Of a stretch of 45,382 nucleotides of DNA, positions 9,249 to 20,202 are shown in pieces. The DNA lies in assembly GCF_032552055.1 (NCBI RefSeq), contig NZ_JAWGSV010000001.1:1-45382 (forward strand). The letters run 5' to 3'. The position numbers and the translations under genes are program-made. Source of the stretch: Clostridium sp. (GTDB taxonomy: Bacteria; Bacillota; Clostridia; Clostridiales; Clostridiaceae). Each line of letters begins with the position of its first letter. Position 1 is the stretch's first letter. The notes beneath the pieces are model-generated. The model saw only the letters and a list, made by a program, of their open reading frames with translations, searched no databases and was not told the DNA's origin.

Positions 9249-9815
9249 TTATTCCTTTAGTAATAAGTAATTTCTTGCTTTTATACTATTTATATCAATA
9301 GGAATTCCTTTATTTAATAAGTACTTAATAGTGTGAGTTAAGCCTTGAAGAACTCCATTATCTAAGTCTTTAAAGGCCTCTCGTCTTAGTAAGTCTACAC
9401 CAGGAAAATTTCTGTTTGGCTCAATCATATCAGCAATATAAATTATTTTATCTAGCTTACTCATATTTTCTTTCCCTGTTGTATGCCATCTCATAGCACT
9501 TAATATTTCTTCATCTTCTATTCCAAATACTTCTTTAGCTACAATTGGCGATACTATACTGTGCCATAACTCTTGATTTGCTTCTTCATCATAAGTTAAA
9601 TTTATATTATTTTTCTTTATTATATCTTGTAGTTCATATATAGTCCTATTTTTGGCTATATCATGAGAAAGTGCAGCAATTTCTGCCTTTTTTTCATCTA
9701 CCCCATATGCTCTTGCAAGTCTAATAGCTGTATCTACTACACCAAGAGTATGGATATACCTATTTTCAATTAAGTTATCTTTAAGGTAGATTTTCATTTC
9801 TTCAATACTAAGCAT
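9249..9815 (-). CDS. yqeK: Ap4A hydrolase YqeK (HD domain)
   Basis: RYIHTLGV, HDIAK, HTTG, ADMIEPNR; follows nadD. Confidence 0.92.
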   Translation of the reverse strand: MLSIEEMKIYLKDNLIENRYIHTLGVVDTAIRLARAYGVDEKKAEIAALSHDIAKNRTIYELQDIIKKNNINLTYDEEANQELWHSIVSPIVAKEVFGIEDEEILSAMRWHTTGKENMSKLDKIIYIADMIEPNRNFPGVDLLRREAFKDLDNGVLQGLTHTIKYLLNKGIPIDINSIKARNYLLLKE

Positions 9816-9840
9816 AGTTCTCTCCTTAAATATTACTTTT

Positions 9841-10458
9841 TTAATTTTTCATTACCTTATTACAATAATTATATAAATTATTTGTAATAATATACTCTAA
9901 AACTTCCCTAGGCATAAAAAAGTCAATTCTTTTGCCTTCTTTAATTCTATTTCTAATAATAGATGAGGAAATTTCTAAATATATTATATCTAAAAAAGTA
10001 ATATTTGTGTTAAACTTTTGCTGGATTTTCTCTTTTTGAATTCTTAAATTTTTCTTACTGTAACCTGCTCTATTGAAAACTACAAAATTACAAAGCTTGA
10101 ATATTTTCTCAGGATACTTCCATTTTTCAATATCCATAAGACAATCAGCTCCTGTAATAAAATATAATTCATTATCATCGTTCTTGAAATATTCTAAGGT
10201 TTCAAAAGTATAACTTAAGCCTTTTTTTTCAATTTCATAATCACTTATTTCAAAATCCTCATAATTTTTTATAGCTTCATATACCATATTATACCTTAAG
10301 GAAGCCTCTAATATCTCCATATCCTTCTTATGGGGTGGGCTTCCTGTTGGTATAAATATTATCTTATCTAAATTTAATTGGCACTTAGCTTCATAAGCTA
10401 TATATAGATGAGCTAAGTGAATAGGATTAAAGGTTCCTCCTATTATTCCAATCTTCAT
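9841..10458 (-). CDS. nadD: Nicotinate-nucleotide adenylyltransferase
   Basis: GGTFNPIHLAH, PPHK, FITGAD, ISSSIIR. Confidence 0.95.
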   Translation of the reverse strand: MKIGIIGGTFNPIHLAHLYIAYEAKCQLNLDKIIFIPTGSPPHKKDMEILEASLRYNMVYEAIKNYEDFEISDYEIEKKGLSYTFETLEYFKNDDNELYFITGADCLMDIEKWKYPEKIFKLCNFVVFNRAGYSKKNLRIQKEKIQQKFNTNITFLDIIYLEISSSIIRNRIKEGKRIDFFMPREVLEYIITNNLYNYCNKVMKN

Positions 10459-10464
10459 TTTAAT

Positions 10465-10761
10465 CTACCTTGGTAATTCTATCTTAGGCTTTTTTGAGGA
10501 TTTCTTGTATAAAACTATTTTACTTCCTATAGCTTGAATTCCTTCACAACCTATCTTTTCACAGATAGAATTAGAAGCTTCTCTAGCCATTAATCCACTA
10601 TTTTCTAGAACCTTAACCTTAATTAATTCTCTAGCTTCTAACGCTTCTTCTAATTGTTTTAAAAAGGCTTCTTCTTCTACACCGTTTTTACCTATTTGAA
10701 ATATTGGATCCATATTATTTGCAAGGCTTCTTAAATATGCTCTTTGTTTTCCTGTTATCAT
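10465..10761 (-). CDS. yhbY: CRM-domain ribosome assembly RNA-binding protein
   Basis: KQRAYLRSLA, QIGKNG, RELIKV. Confidence 0.93.
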   Translation of the reverse strand: MITGKQRAYLRSLANNMDPIFQIGKNGVEEEAFLKQLEEALEARELIKVKVLENSGLMAREASNSICEKIGCEGIQAIGSKIVLYKKSSKKPKIELPR

Positions 10762-10779
10762 CTTACTTCCTCCTAAAAA

Positions 10780-12084
<1,305 letters not shown>

Positions 12085-12239
12085 TCATAATTATTCTAAC
12101 CTTATTTTCGGTATTTCAACCCTCTTAGGTCTATTATATATGTTTCAATTAGTAATATACATCTCTAGTCTTATAACATTATAAGTTTAAACCTTTTTTA
12201 GTAAATTATCTAAATTGAAAGCATATGGTTTTTAATTTT

Positions 12240-12299
12240 TAAATGAGCAATTGACAATGTATAATGGGCAAGGGTTATGCATTGTCAATTGCCCATTTA
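12240..12299. repeat. 25-bp inverted repeat built from 7-mers
   Basis: TAAATGAGCAATTGACAATGTATAA / TTATGCATTGTCAATTGCCCATTTA, 2 mismatches. Confidence 0.8.
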
Positions 12300-12329
12300 C
12301 ATATTAAACATGGATATTATTTTCATAAA

Positions 12330-12358
12330 ATAAAGCACCCTAAATTAGGGTGCTTTAT
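12330..12358 (-). terminator. rpmA terminator
   Basis: ATAAAGCACCCT-AAATT-AGGGTGCTTTAT. Confidence 0.8.
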
Positions 12359-12368
12359 GAAAATACTA

Positions 12369-12668
12369 TTATTCTGCTATTTCTTCAAGATTTACTGGGT
12401 AAATGCTAACTTTTTTCTTATCTCTACCCATTCTTTCAAATCTAACAACTCCGTCTTCCTTAGCAAAAAGAGTGTCATCTCCACCCTTTCCAACATTAGT
12501 TCCAGGATGAATCTTAGTTCCTCTTTGTCTAACTAAAATGTTACCAGCTAAAACGAACTCCCCGTCAGCAGCTTTAACTCCTAATCTTTTAGATTCAGAA
12601 TCTCTACCGTTCTTTGTGCTACCTGCTCCTTTTTTGTGAGCAAATAATTGAAGGTTCATTATCATCAT
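12369..12668 (-). CDS. rpmA: 50S ribosomal protein L27 with cleavable N-terminal extension
   Basis: [20 protein letters not shown]. Confidence 0.98.
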   Translation of the reverse strand: MMIMNLQLFAHKKGAGSTKNGRDSESKRLGVKAADGEFVLAGNILVRQRGTKIHPGTNVGKGGDDTLFAKEDGVVRFERMGRDKKKVSIYPVNLEEIAE

Positions 12669-12669
12669 A

Positions 12670-13044
12670 CTATTGCACCTCCTCTTCTAATAATCTTATA
12701 TATTCACTATCTTTTTTACTTCCAAAACTTAACTTTAGAGACTGCATCAAGCTTTCTATACTTTTTTCAAAGGTTAATAGTAATACCTGACATTTCTCTA
12801 AATCTTGATCTTTAAGATTTGATAAATTGATATGTAAGAAACCATCATTTATCTTATACTTAACCTTAAGCTTTAATACCTCTTCAATACCTATTAAAGT
12901 ACCTTGAGATAATACAGAAACGGAATTGCAAATCAAATCATAAGCATCTCCACTTTTCTCTAATTCAGCCTTAGATAAAGCATGACCTTCTATCTTAAAA
13001 CCAAGTCTTAAATTCTCTTTTTTAAAAATCTTAATCTCAATCAT
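12670..13044 (-). CDS. prp: Ribosomal-processing cysteine protease Prp
   Basis: GHA and DLICNSVS motifs; lies between rplU and rpmA. Confidence 0.9.
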   Translation of the reverse strand: MIEIKIFKKENLRLGFKIEGHALSKAELEKSGDAYDLICNSVSVLSQGTLIGIEEVLKLKVKYKINDGFLHINLSNLKDQDLEKCQVLLLTFEKSIESLMQSLKLSFGSKKDSEYIRLLEEEVQ

Positions 13045-13049
13045 AATAA

Positions 13050-13361
13050 TTAAGCTTCGATTTTTTCGATTACTAACTTAGTGTATGGTTGTCTGTGACC
13101 AGTCTTCTTTCTGTAGTCCTTCTTTGGCTTATACTTGAAAACTGTGATCTTCTTAGCTTTACCTTGAGATAAAACCTTAGCTACAACCTTAGCACCTTCT
13201 ACAACTGGTGTACCAACTTTTAAAGCATCGCCATTTGAAACTGCTAATACTTCTGTTAATTCAACTGTTGAGTCAACTTCAGCGTTAAGTTTTTCAACGA
13301 ATATTACGTCTCCTTCTTGAACTCTGTATTGTTTTCCTCCTGTAGATAATACTGCGTACAT
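13050..13361 (-). CDS. rplU: 50S ribosomal protein L21
   Basis: [32 protein letters not shown]. Confidence 0.98.
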   Translation of the reverse strand: MYAVLSTGGKQYRVQEGDVIFVEKLNAEVDSTVELTEVLAVSNGDALKVGTPVVEGAKVVAKVLSQGKAKKITVFKYKPKKDYRKKTGHRQPYTKLVIEKIEA

Positions 13362-13379
13362 CAAAACACCTCCTCTTAT

Positions 13380-13452
13380 TACGGTCTCGCCAACCGAGGT
13401 ACAAAACTCTAGGCATTGTTTAAATAAAAACCTCTTATGTGCGGTTTAACAT
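13380..13452 (-). ncRNA. L21 leader RNA (putative)
   Basis: 5' UTR of rplU with CCGCAC...GAGGT...ACCTC...GGCGAG; upstream TTTACA-N18-TACAAT promoter with extended TG. Confidence 0.65.
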
Positions 13453-13492
13453 CTGCTATTGTATCATACTATTATGTAGATTGTAAAGGAAA

Positions 13493-14941
13493 TTATTCAT
13501 ATTTTTCATAAGCATTTATTTTATAATTTTTAACATTTTCCTTTTGGCTATTAAATATTAATGGCTCTATTTTATAGCCTTCAATTCCATCTACAAAATT
13601 TAGATATATTTCATTTTTTAAGGAATTAATATTGGCAACAAATGAGAAGATATCACCTCTCACCATTTCTTCATAATTCTTATCAAGTTCAATATAGAAT
13701 GATTTAATAGAATTTTCTTTTTCAGCCTTTATTACTTCATTTTTTATAAGTTTTTCTATATATGATAGTTTTAAAACAAAGCCTTCCATATTACATCTCT
13801 TGCAGCCTTCTTCTAGATATTCATATATAGATTTTCCTCTTCTTTTTCTAGCAATTTGCACTAAGTCTAGCTCTGTAAATGGAAAGACCTTAACATTGCC
13901 CTTATCTTCTTTTAAAGCATCCTTTAAAGCATCCATAACTATGGCTTTTTGTGAAAAATCTCTCATATCTATAAAATCAATAACTATTATTCCACCTAAG
14001 TTTCTTAACCTAATTTGTCTACCTATTTCTTTTGCAGCTTCCACATTAGTTTCTAATATAGTTTTATCAAAACTTCTACCTTTAATATTCTTTGATGAAT
14101 TTACATCTATTACATACATAGCTTCAGTTTTATCTATTACAATATTTCCACCACAATTTAATGCTACTTTTTTATGTCTAAGCTTTAGAATTTCTTTTTC
14201 TATTCCATAAGTATCAAATAGGCTTGTTGTTCCTTTATACTCTTCTATTATTATATCCTTGCTTTCAGCAAGTGCTTCCTTAACGGCTTTAGTATCTTCT
14301 TCATTATTGATTATTATTTTGCATTTATTACCTAAGTTTTCGCTAATAACCCTATTTAAAATCATATTATCACCATATATTTTACCTAGGTTTAAGCTAT
14401 ACTTTAACTTTTGTTCCATTTCATAAATAACTCTTAATAATCTTATCTTTTCCTCTAAAAGTGCCTCTTCACTTGCATTTACTGCTTCAGTTCTAATAGT
14501 TATACCATATCCATCAACAGGACTAATAATATCTGAAATCTTTAATTTTTCTTCCTCATTGCTAATTCTTTTAGAATAATTAATACCATAACCACCCTTA
14601 GTTATTACCATAAATCTTCCTGGTACGCTGATGTTTTTACTAACCTTAGCACCCTTATTATTTATTGGTTCCTTAATTATTTCTACTAAAAATTCTTGTC
14701 CCTTTTTTACACCTTCTTCCTTTAGTTCTTTACTAAAGTACATATAGGCTTCTTTCTCTAAACCAATATCTATGAAGATAGAGTTTATAGCCGGAACTAT
14801 ATTTTTAACTCTACCTTTATAGATTTCTCCTATTTTGGGTTCATCAGAATTTTCTTCAACAAAAGATTCCATAAGAGTGTTATTATCCTTTATAGCAATT
14901 CTTAATAACCTTTCATCTCTTTCAATGAAAATTTCCCTCAT
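13493..14941 (-). CDS. rng: Ribonuclease E/G family
   Basis: IYKGRVKNIVP S1 region, VIDVNS, IRLRNLGGIIVIDFIDM; start moved to ATG 14941. Confidence 0.92.
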   Translation of the reverse strand: MREIFIERDERLLRIAIKDNNTLMESFVEENSDEPKIGEIYKGRVKNIVPAINSIFIDIGLEKEAYMYFSKELKEEGVKKGQEFLVEIIKEPINNKGAKVSKNISVPGRFMVITKGGYGINYSKRISNEEEKLKISDIISPVDGYGITIRTEAVNASEEALLEEKIRLLRVIYEMEQKLKYSLNLGKIYGDNMILNRVISENLGNKCKIIINNEEDTKAVKEALAESKDIIIEEYKGTTSLFDTYGIEKEILKLRHKKVALNCGGNIVIDKTEAMYVIDVNSSKNIKGRSFDKTILETNVEAAKEIGRQIRLRNLGGIIVIDFIDMRDFSQKAIVMDALKDALKEDKGNVKVFPFTELDLVQIARKRRGKSIYEYLEEGCKRCNMEGFVLKLSYIEKLIKNEVIKAEKENSIKSFYIELDKNYEEMVRGDIFSFVANINSLKNEIYLNFVDGIEGYKIEPLIFNSQKENVKNYKINAYEKYE

Positions 14942-14957
14942 AAAATAATACACTTCC

Positions 14958-15665
14958 CTAAATAAATTTATATATTGGTATGTATTTATTATCACTAAAT
15001 ACATACATTTCTTCTCTCTTTATATCTATAAATGCATCTAAAGCTATTTCAGGAATGTTATTTTTAATATATTCTGCAACTAAATCTGGGGATAAATGCT
15101 CCCTACTTCCTGATGAAATTAGAATATTTAGTACTAACTCATCATCGTTTACCCAATATTTCATTTCCTTAATCATAGTTTTTAGATTAACTTCTTTTTC
15201 ACCTTTTTTACTTTTCTTAATAGTAGTCCAAGCTTCCTTAGCATATAATTCTTTCATCTTAGCTTCTGCAACATTTGAATCATTACATATCATTTTTATT
15301 GTAAACCTTGCTGCATCAATTAATGCCATACTTTGAGGAAGTTTCTTTTCCCCTTCCTTGTTAACTACTTTTCTAGCTTCTAAAAATTTAATTCCAGATG
15401 CAGTTTTTTCATTTAATCTATTTATAATTTCTTCTTCTGGTAATTCTTCTACTAATACTATATCCATATATTCAGCTGAAGAGTAAACTCCAACAGATAG
15501 GGGTTGCGCTATTGATAATGCCATATGAGGATTAAATCCCTTTGAATATTCCATTGGAAGATTTGCTCTTCTTATTACTCTTTGTATTGTTCTCATTAAA
15601 TCTAAGTGAGAAATAAATTTAATGCTAGATTCTTTAGTAAATTTAATTACGTAACGCACCTTCAA
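14958..15665 (-). CDS. Radical SAM-linked protein (TIGR03936/DUF2344)
   Basis: FISHLDLMR, YSKGFNPH, PLSVGVYS; overlaps the 3' end of the radical SAM gene. Start TTG 15665 or GTG 15659. Confidence 0.88.
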   Translation of the reverse strand: MKVRYVIKFTKESSIKFISHLDLMRTIQRVIRRANLPMEYSKGFNPHMALSIAQPLSVGVYSSAEYMDIVLVEELPEEEIINRLNEKTASGIKFLEARKVVNKEGEKKLPQSMALIDAARFTIKMICNDSNVAEAKMKELYAKEAWTTIKKSKKGEKEVNLKTMIKEMKYWVNDDELVLNILISSGSREHLSPDLVAEYIKNNIPEIALDAFIDIKREEMYVFSDNKYIPIYKFI

Positions 15666-17496
15666 AACACTTCCCTTCTTTAAAGTTAACATTTATTCCA
15701 CAACCTGTGCATCCTTTTCTACAGTTTTGTGTAAGTTCTGCCCTCTTAGCTTTTTCATTTTCAACTTCTAGATATTTTCTATTAACTCCAATATCTATAA
15801 AGTCCCATGGAAGTATTTCATCATAACTTCTATCTCTATATACATAGAAATCTTCATCTATATTACATTCCTTCATAGCTTCTAGCCATAGTTCATAATT
15901 GAAGTACTCTGACCAACCATCAAATCTTGCACCCTTTTCAAATGCCTTTATTAATAGCTCACAAGTTCTTCTATCTCCTCTAGCAAAGACAGCTTCCATA
16001 AATGAAGTTTTTTGCTCATGATAGTTATAGTTAATTGCTCTAGTTTTAATAGCTCCCTTAACTGCATCTATCTTATTCCATACTTCTTCTGGTCTAGCCA
16101 TAGGTGCCCATTGGAATGGAGTAAATGGCTTTGGTACAAGTATTGATGTACTTACAGTAATCTTTAATCCCTTAGCTCTCTTTTCCTTTGGAATTTCATA
16201 GTAAACAGCAGCCATCTTTTCTGCAAGCTCACCAATTCCAGCAGCATCTTCTATTTCTTCATAAGGAAGACCTAAGATAAAGTATAGCTTAATAGTACTC
16301 CAACCTGACTCAAAAGCACTTTTAGTAGCTTCTAATATTCTTTCTTCAGTTAATCCTTTATTTATAATATCTCTCATTCTTTGAGATCCAGCTTCAGGAG
16401 CAAAAGTTAATCCAGTTTTTCTTACCTTTTGGATTTCCTTTATTAAATCTACTGAAAAGGCATCAACTCTTATTGATGGTAGAGCTACACCTACATTCTT
16501 GCCACCATGTTCTAATATTAAACTACTAACAAGGTTTTGAATATCTGAGTAGTCACATATACTAAGCGATGCTAAAGAAACCTCTTGATATCCTGTTGCA
16601 TCTATCATTTTTCTTGCTTGATCTAGTAATGTATTAGTAGTCTTTTCTCTTACTGGTCTATAAATCATACCTGCTTGACAGAATCTACATCCATTAGTAC
16701 ATCCTCTTGATGTTTCTAAAACTACTCTATCATGAACTATTTCAGAATAAGGTACTATCATATCTAAAGGAAAATCTACCTTATCAAAGTTATTTATAAT
16801 TCTCTTTTTAACCTTTGCAGGAACATCATCGTACTTTGGCTTAAATTCTTTTATAGTTCCATCCTCGTTGTAAGTCACATCATATAAAGAAGGTACATAA
16901 ACACCTTCAATCTTAGCTATTTCTCTTAAAAACTCTTTTTTCTTTCCTTGTCCTTGATATTTTTTATAAACATCTAAGACATCATTCATGATTTCTTCAC
17001 CTTCACCAATTTCAAAGAAATCAACTATATCATATAATGGCTCTGGATTATATGCACAAGGTCCTCCAGCCATTATTATTGGTTCATCTTCTCCTCTTTC
17101 TGAGGCTCTGTATGTAATACCAGCCATATCTAGCATGTTTAATATATTTGTATAACTCATTTCATATTGAAGTGTAAATCCTAATATATCAAACTCTGTA
17201 AGAGGATCCTTTGTTTCTAAGGTCATTAATGGAATTTCATTTTCTCTAAGCTGAGCTTCCATATCTGGCCAAGGTGCAAATACCCTTTCACAATATGTAT
17301 CTTTTCTTTCATTTATAGTATGATAAAGTATTCTTGTTCCTAAATGAGACATTCCAACTTCATAAACATCTGGGAAACAAAAAGCAAATCTTATGTCAAC
17401 TTCCTTTGGATTTTTTACTACTTGATTTAACTCTCCACCAACATATCTTGATGGCTTTTCAACCTTATATAAAATATGGTCAGTTAATTTTTTCAT
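15643..17496 (-). CDS. TIGR03960-family B12-binding-like radical SAM protein
   Basis: KPSRYVGGE, FPDVYEVGMSHLG, CTNGCRFC (CxxxCxxC), TFAPEAGS, C-terminal CRKGCTGC. Confidence 0.92.
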   Translation of the reverse strand: MKKLTDHILYKVEKPSRYVGGELNQVVKNPKEVDIRFAFCFPDVYEVGMSHLGTRILYHTINERKDTYCERVFAPWPDMEAQLRENEIPLMTLETKDPLTEFDILGFTLQYEMSYTNILNMLDMAGITYRASERGEDEPIIMAGGPCAYNPEPLYDIVDFFEIGEGEEIMNDVLDVYKKYQGQGKKKEFLREIAKIEGVYVPSLYDVTYNEDGTIKEFKPKYDDVPAKVKKRIINNFDKVDFPLDMIVPYSEIVHDRVVLETSRGCTNGCRFCQAGMIYRPVREKTTNTLLDQARKMIDATGYQEVSLASLSICDYSDIQNLVSSLILEHGGKNVGVALPSIRVDAFSVDLIKEIQKVRKTGLTFAPEAGSQRMRDIINKGLTEERILEATKSAFESGWSTIKLYFILGLPYEEIEDAAGIGELAEKMAAVYYEIPKEKRAKGLKITVSTSILVPKPFTPFQWAPMARPEEVWNKIDAVKGAIKTRAINYNYHEQKTSFMEAVFARGDRRTCELLIKAFEKGARFDGWSEYFNYELWLEAMKECNIDEDFYVYRDRSYDEILPWDFIDIGVNRKYLEVENEKAKRAELTQNCRKGCTGCGINVNFKEGKCFEGALRN

Positions 17497-17523
17497 ACAT
17501 CTTCCTCCTATAACGGAATTTAA

Positions 17524-17629
17524 ATAGGTGCTGTCACCAACAGCTCAAAATCAAAAATGGAGAATGTAGAACTATTTATTTAATTTTACATTCTTCATTA
17601 TTCATTTTACCTTGTGCGACAGCACCTAT
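17524..17629. mobile_element. MITE-like element family A
   Basis: Terminal inverted repeats ATAGGTGCTGTC / GACAGCACCTAT with an internal AT-rich hairpin. Confidence 0.6.
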
Positions 17630-17680
17630 ATCTTTATCTTTACTATTCTAGCATATATAAATCTAAAGGTAAATCTATTA

Positions 17681-18574
17681 CTAAGATTTATATCCACTAT
17701 TATTCAACCCACTTTTAGTAACATTAGGATTTTGATTTACATATTCCTCTAAAGTCATATTACCGTAGTTTTTCAATGCATCGATTAATTCATCTTCATT
17801 TAATATATAAATAAGTTTCATATCATCATCTAAAATATAAAAAGTATTAAACTTATTCCTATCTACTAAAGCTAATACATTAACAAGACCTTGCTTGTAA
17901 TAAACTGATATTATCTTATTTTCTATATATTTATTTTTTAAAATTTTATTTCTTTTTTTAACTATGTTACCCATAGTTATATACATCGAAGTATGAGCTT
18001 CCATTCTAGTAATATATATTATAATTCCAGCACCAATGAAAATACTGAAATTTAAACTATGTAGAAATATATAATTTAAAATTCCTATACTAATAAATAA
18101 CCCTGCTACTATATAACTAATTATACTTATTATTTTTTGAGCTTTTTTAAATAAAATCTTTTTAGTTAAAAGTATCTCTAGTATCCTAGATCCATCTAAT
18201 GGATAAGCAGGTAGTAGGTTAAATACAGCTAACCCTATGTTTAAATTAATACTTGTCTCAATAAAATTATTATTATATCTAAAGTTTAACAAATAAAGAA
18301 TTATTGCAGATATAATATTAAATAGTGCACCTGAAAAATACACTATAACCTTCTCCCTTTCCTTAAGGGAATTAATATCTCCAAGCTCTGCATTTAATCC
18401 AAAAATATGAAAATTTATATTATAAAATTTACATCCATATATATGAGCTATAAAAATATGTGTTAGTTCATGTAAAAGCACCCATACAAAAGCAAGTCCA
18501 AACATACTGTTATAACTACTTATTAATAATATTAATATTATTTCTGCTAATATTTTTTTTACGTCTTTTTTCAT
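17681..18574 (-). CDS. spoIVFB: SpoIVFB-like site-2 protease (M50)
   Basis: HELTH (HExxH), FNLLPAYPLDG, multiple TMs, conserved position upstream of the rplU cluster. Confidence 0.82.
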   Translation of the reverse strand: MKKDVKKILAEIILILLISSYNSMFGLAFVWVLLHELTHIFIAHIYGCKFYNINFHIFGLNAELGDINSLKEREKVIVYFSGALFNIISAIILYLLNFRYNNNFIETSINLNIGLAVFNLLPAYPLDGSRILEILLTKKILFKKAQKIISIISYIVAGLFISIGILNYIFLHSLNFSIFIGAGIIIYITRMEAHTSMYITMGNIVKKRNKILKNKYIENKIISVYYKQGLVNVLALVDRNKFNTFYILDDDMKLIYILNEDELIDALKNYGNMTLEEYVNQNPNVTKSGLNNSGYKS

Positions 18575-18637
18575 TTATATCTCCCTATTAATTGCTACAA
18601 CACTATATAATCACCTTCTATTTCATAAATATTTCTT

Positions 18638-19075
18638 TTATAACTTTAAATCACTTTTCAAATCCTCGTATTTATCTTCAAATATATTAAATACCCACTT
18701 ATAATTTATACCTATAGCTTCAGCCTTATCTAATATCTTACTATAATCATAAGTTCTATTAACTTCAGCCTTTATAGTGCTATATATAGCTTTTGCTTCT
18801 TTATTAGGTAATACCTTTAAAGTAAACACTCCCAAAGACAATAAAAATGTAATTATAAGCCTAGCTATAAATTTATCTATATATTTAAACTTCTTCTTCT
18901 CTTGTTTCATACCATAAGTACCTGCTCTATAACTATAATTACGCACATTAGAAGTATTAGGGTATATATCTTCTCTACTAGAAAATAGCTTCTCTTTTTT
19001 ATTATCCTTTTCTTTTACCTTCCCTCTTATCTTATTGTAATAATCACTATAAGCTTCACTATAATGATTTATCAT
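18638..19075 (-). CDS. SpoIVFA-position membrane protein, short, no recognisable M23 domain
   Basis: Tyr-rich N-terminus, single TM, directly upstream of spoIVFB; GAGGTG RBS. Confidence 0.6.
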   Translation of the reverse strand: MINHYSEAYSDYYNKIRGKVKEKDNKKEKLFSSREDIYPNTSNVRNYSYRAGTYGMKQEKKKFKYIDKFIARLIITFLLSLGVFTLKVLPNKEAKAIYSTIKAEVNRTYDYSKILDKAEAIGINYKWVFNIFEDKYEDLKSDLKL

Positions 19076-19122
19076 ACACCTCTCTCCCTACTCTCAATAC
19101 TGTATAATATTTTTCTCTATTA

Positions 19123-19152
19123 AATCTATGCGTGGTTGGGAATAAATTATAC
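19123..19152 (-). promoter_or_regulatory. Possible sigma-E promoter for the spoIVF-like operon
   Basis: Minus strand GTATA-N17-CATAGATT; the -35 overlaps the end of the composite repeat. Confidence 0.4.
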
Positions 19153-19296
19153 CTCATGGGAAGTATATATATTATGCTTAGGCTTCGTCGCATGCTACAA
19201 GTCACTCTTTACATAATATATATAATCCCCATTTGATAAATAAATCTTGAGTTCTTTTGCCTACTAAAGAAAGAAATTCAGCAAGCTGAATTTTAA
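19143..19296 (-). repeat. Composite repeat (family D hairpin + family C hairpin), left boundary of the accessory block
   Basis: Reverse complement aligns to 23875-24026, e.g. GCCTACTAAAGAAAGAAATTCAGCAAGCTGAATTTTAA (19259-19296) vs rc of 23875-23913. Confidence 0.8.
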
Positions 19297-19440
19297 TTAA
19301 GATTATTAGTTGTTTTGAAATTAAATATCAATCTTATGGAAATATATGTTATTATCAATTTATAATATAGTACTAAAATATGTTTGATAAATAGTAATTT
19401 ACTTATTAGATTTTTTATATTATGAAAGGGTGTGTATGTA

Positions 19441-19608
19441 ATGGAAAAGATTATTTGGGTTACAAGTTGGTCTGGAATGAAAGCTAATGATGGTTTAAAT
19501 GAAGTGAATACTTATTTAGAACAAGGATGGAAAGTAAAATTAATTTCTGCTTGTGCTATGGGAGATTCCATTAATTCAGGACAAGCATATATAGTTTTAG
19601 AAAAATAA
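19441..19608 (+). CDS. 55-aa small protein missing from the ORF track (DUF4177-like GW motif)
   Basis: MEKIIWVTSWSGMKANDGLNEVNTYLEQGWKVKLISACAMGDSINSGQAYIVLEK; GAAAGGGTG RBS; hairpin at 19623-19641. Confidence 0.75.
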   Translation: MEKIIWVTSWSGMKANDGLNEVNTYLEQGWKVKLISACAMGDSINSGQAYIVLEK

Positions 19609-19698
19609 GAAAAGAGAAAAGTCACCTACTTCGATAAGGTGGAATTTAAAAGTAGTTAATTAAAGTTTTTAAGGCTATAGAATAACGGAGGGATTAAT

Positions 19699-20202
19699 TT
19701 GTATATTAAAGTACTATCTGAAAGTGAAAAAACGGAATTAAAGAAAAGATCTATCAGAATAAAGGAATTGCAAGAACAAGGAATATGTTTTGGGTGTTAT
19801 AACTTTGAAACAGACGAGATATTCCCAGGAGAAGGTTTAATCATTTATGAAGATGATAAAGTTAGATGTCAATTTGAAAGATTTCCAAGGGCAACTGGAC
19901 AAACAACAATAGTTTCAAAATCTCATTATGAGGACATTTCTGAAATGCCTCTTGATTTAGGTACTCACATATTAAAAGTATCAAATGCAATCATAAAGTT
20001 GCATAAAGAAATTATAGGTGCAGAAAAGGTATATATGTGTACATTGTGTGATGGCAAAAGAAATCACTTGCACTTTTCATTATTCCCTCGCTTAAAAGGA
20101 GAATCAATTGGCTTTAAAAACTTTGTTAAGGAAGACGGCCTTTTAATGGATTATCATGAAGAAGTTGAAATATATAGAGAAAAAATGAAGGAGTTATTCT
20201 AG
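19699..20202 (+). CDS. HIT-family protein with degenerate triad
   Basis: CFGC, IIYEDD, GQTTIVSKSH, HLHFSLFPR; TTG start after GGAGGG. Confidence 0.8.
   Translation: MYIKVLSESEKTELKKRSIRIKELQEQGICFGCYNFETDEIFPGEGLIIYEDDKVRCQFERFPRATGQTTIVSKSHYEDISEMPLDLGTHILKVSNAIIKLHKEIIGAEKVYMCTLCDGKRNHLHFSLFPRLKGESIGFKNFVKEDGLLMDYHEEVEIYREKMKELF

Noticed and set aside
12264..12536. 90-aa plus-strand ORF
   Set aside because: Runs through an inverted repeat, the terminator and antisense rpmA; no RBS.
12369..13044. L27 N-terminal extension with Prp as a novelty
   Set aside because: Established Firmicutes feature.
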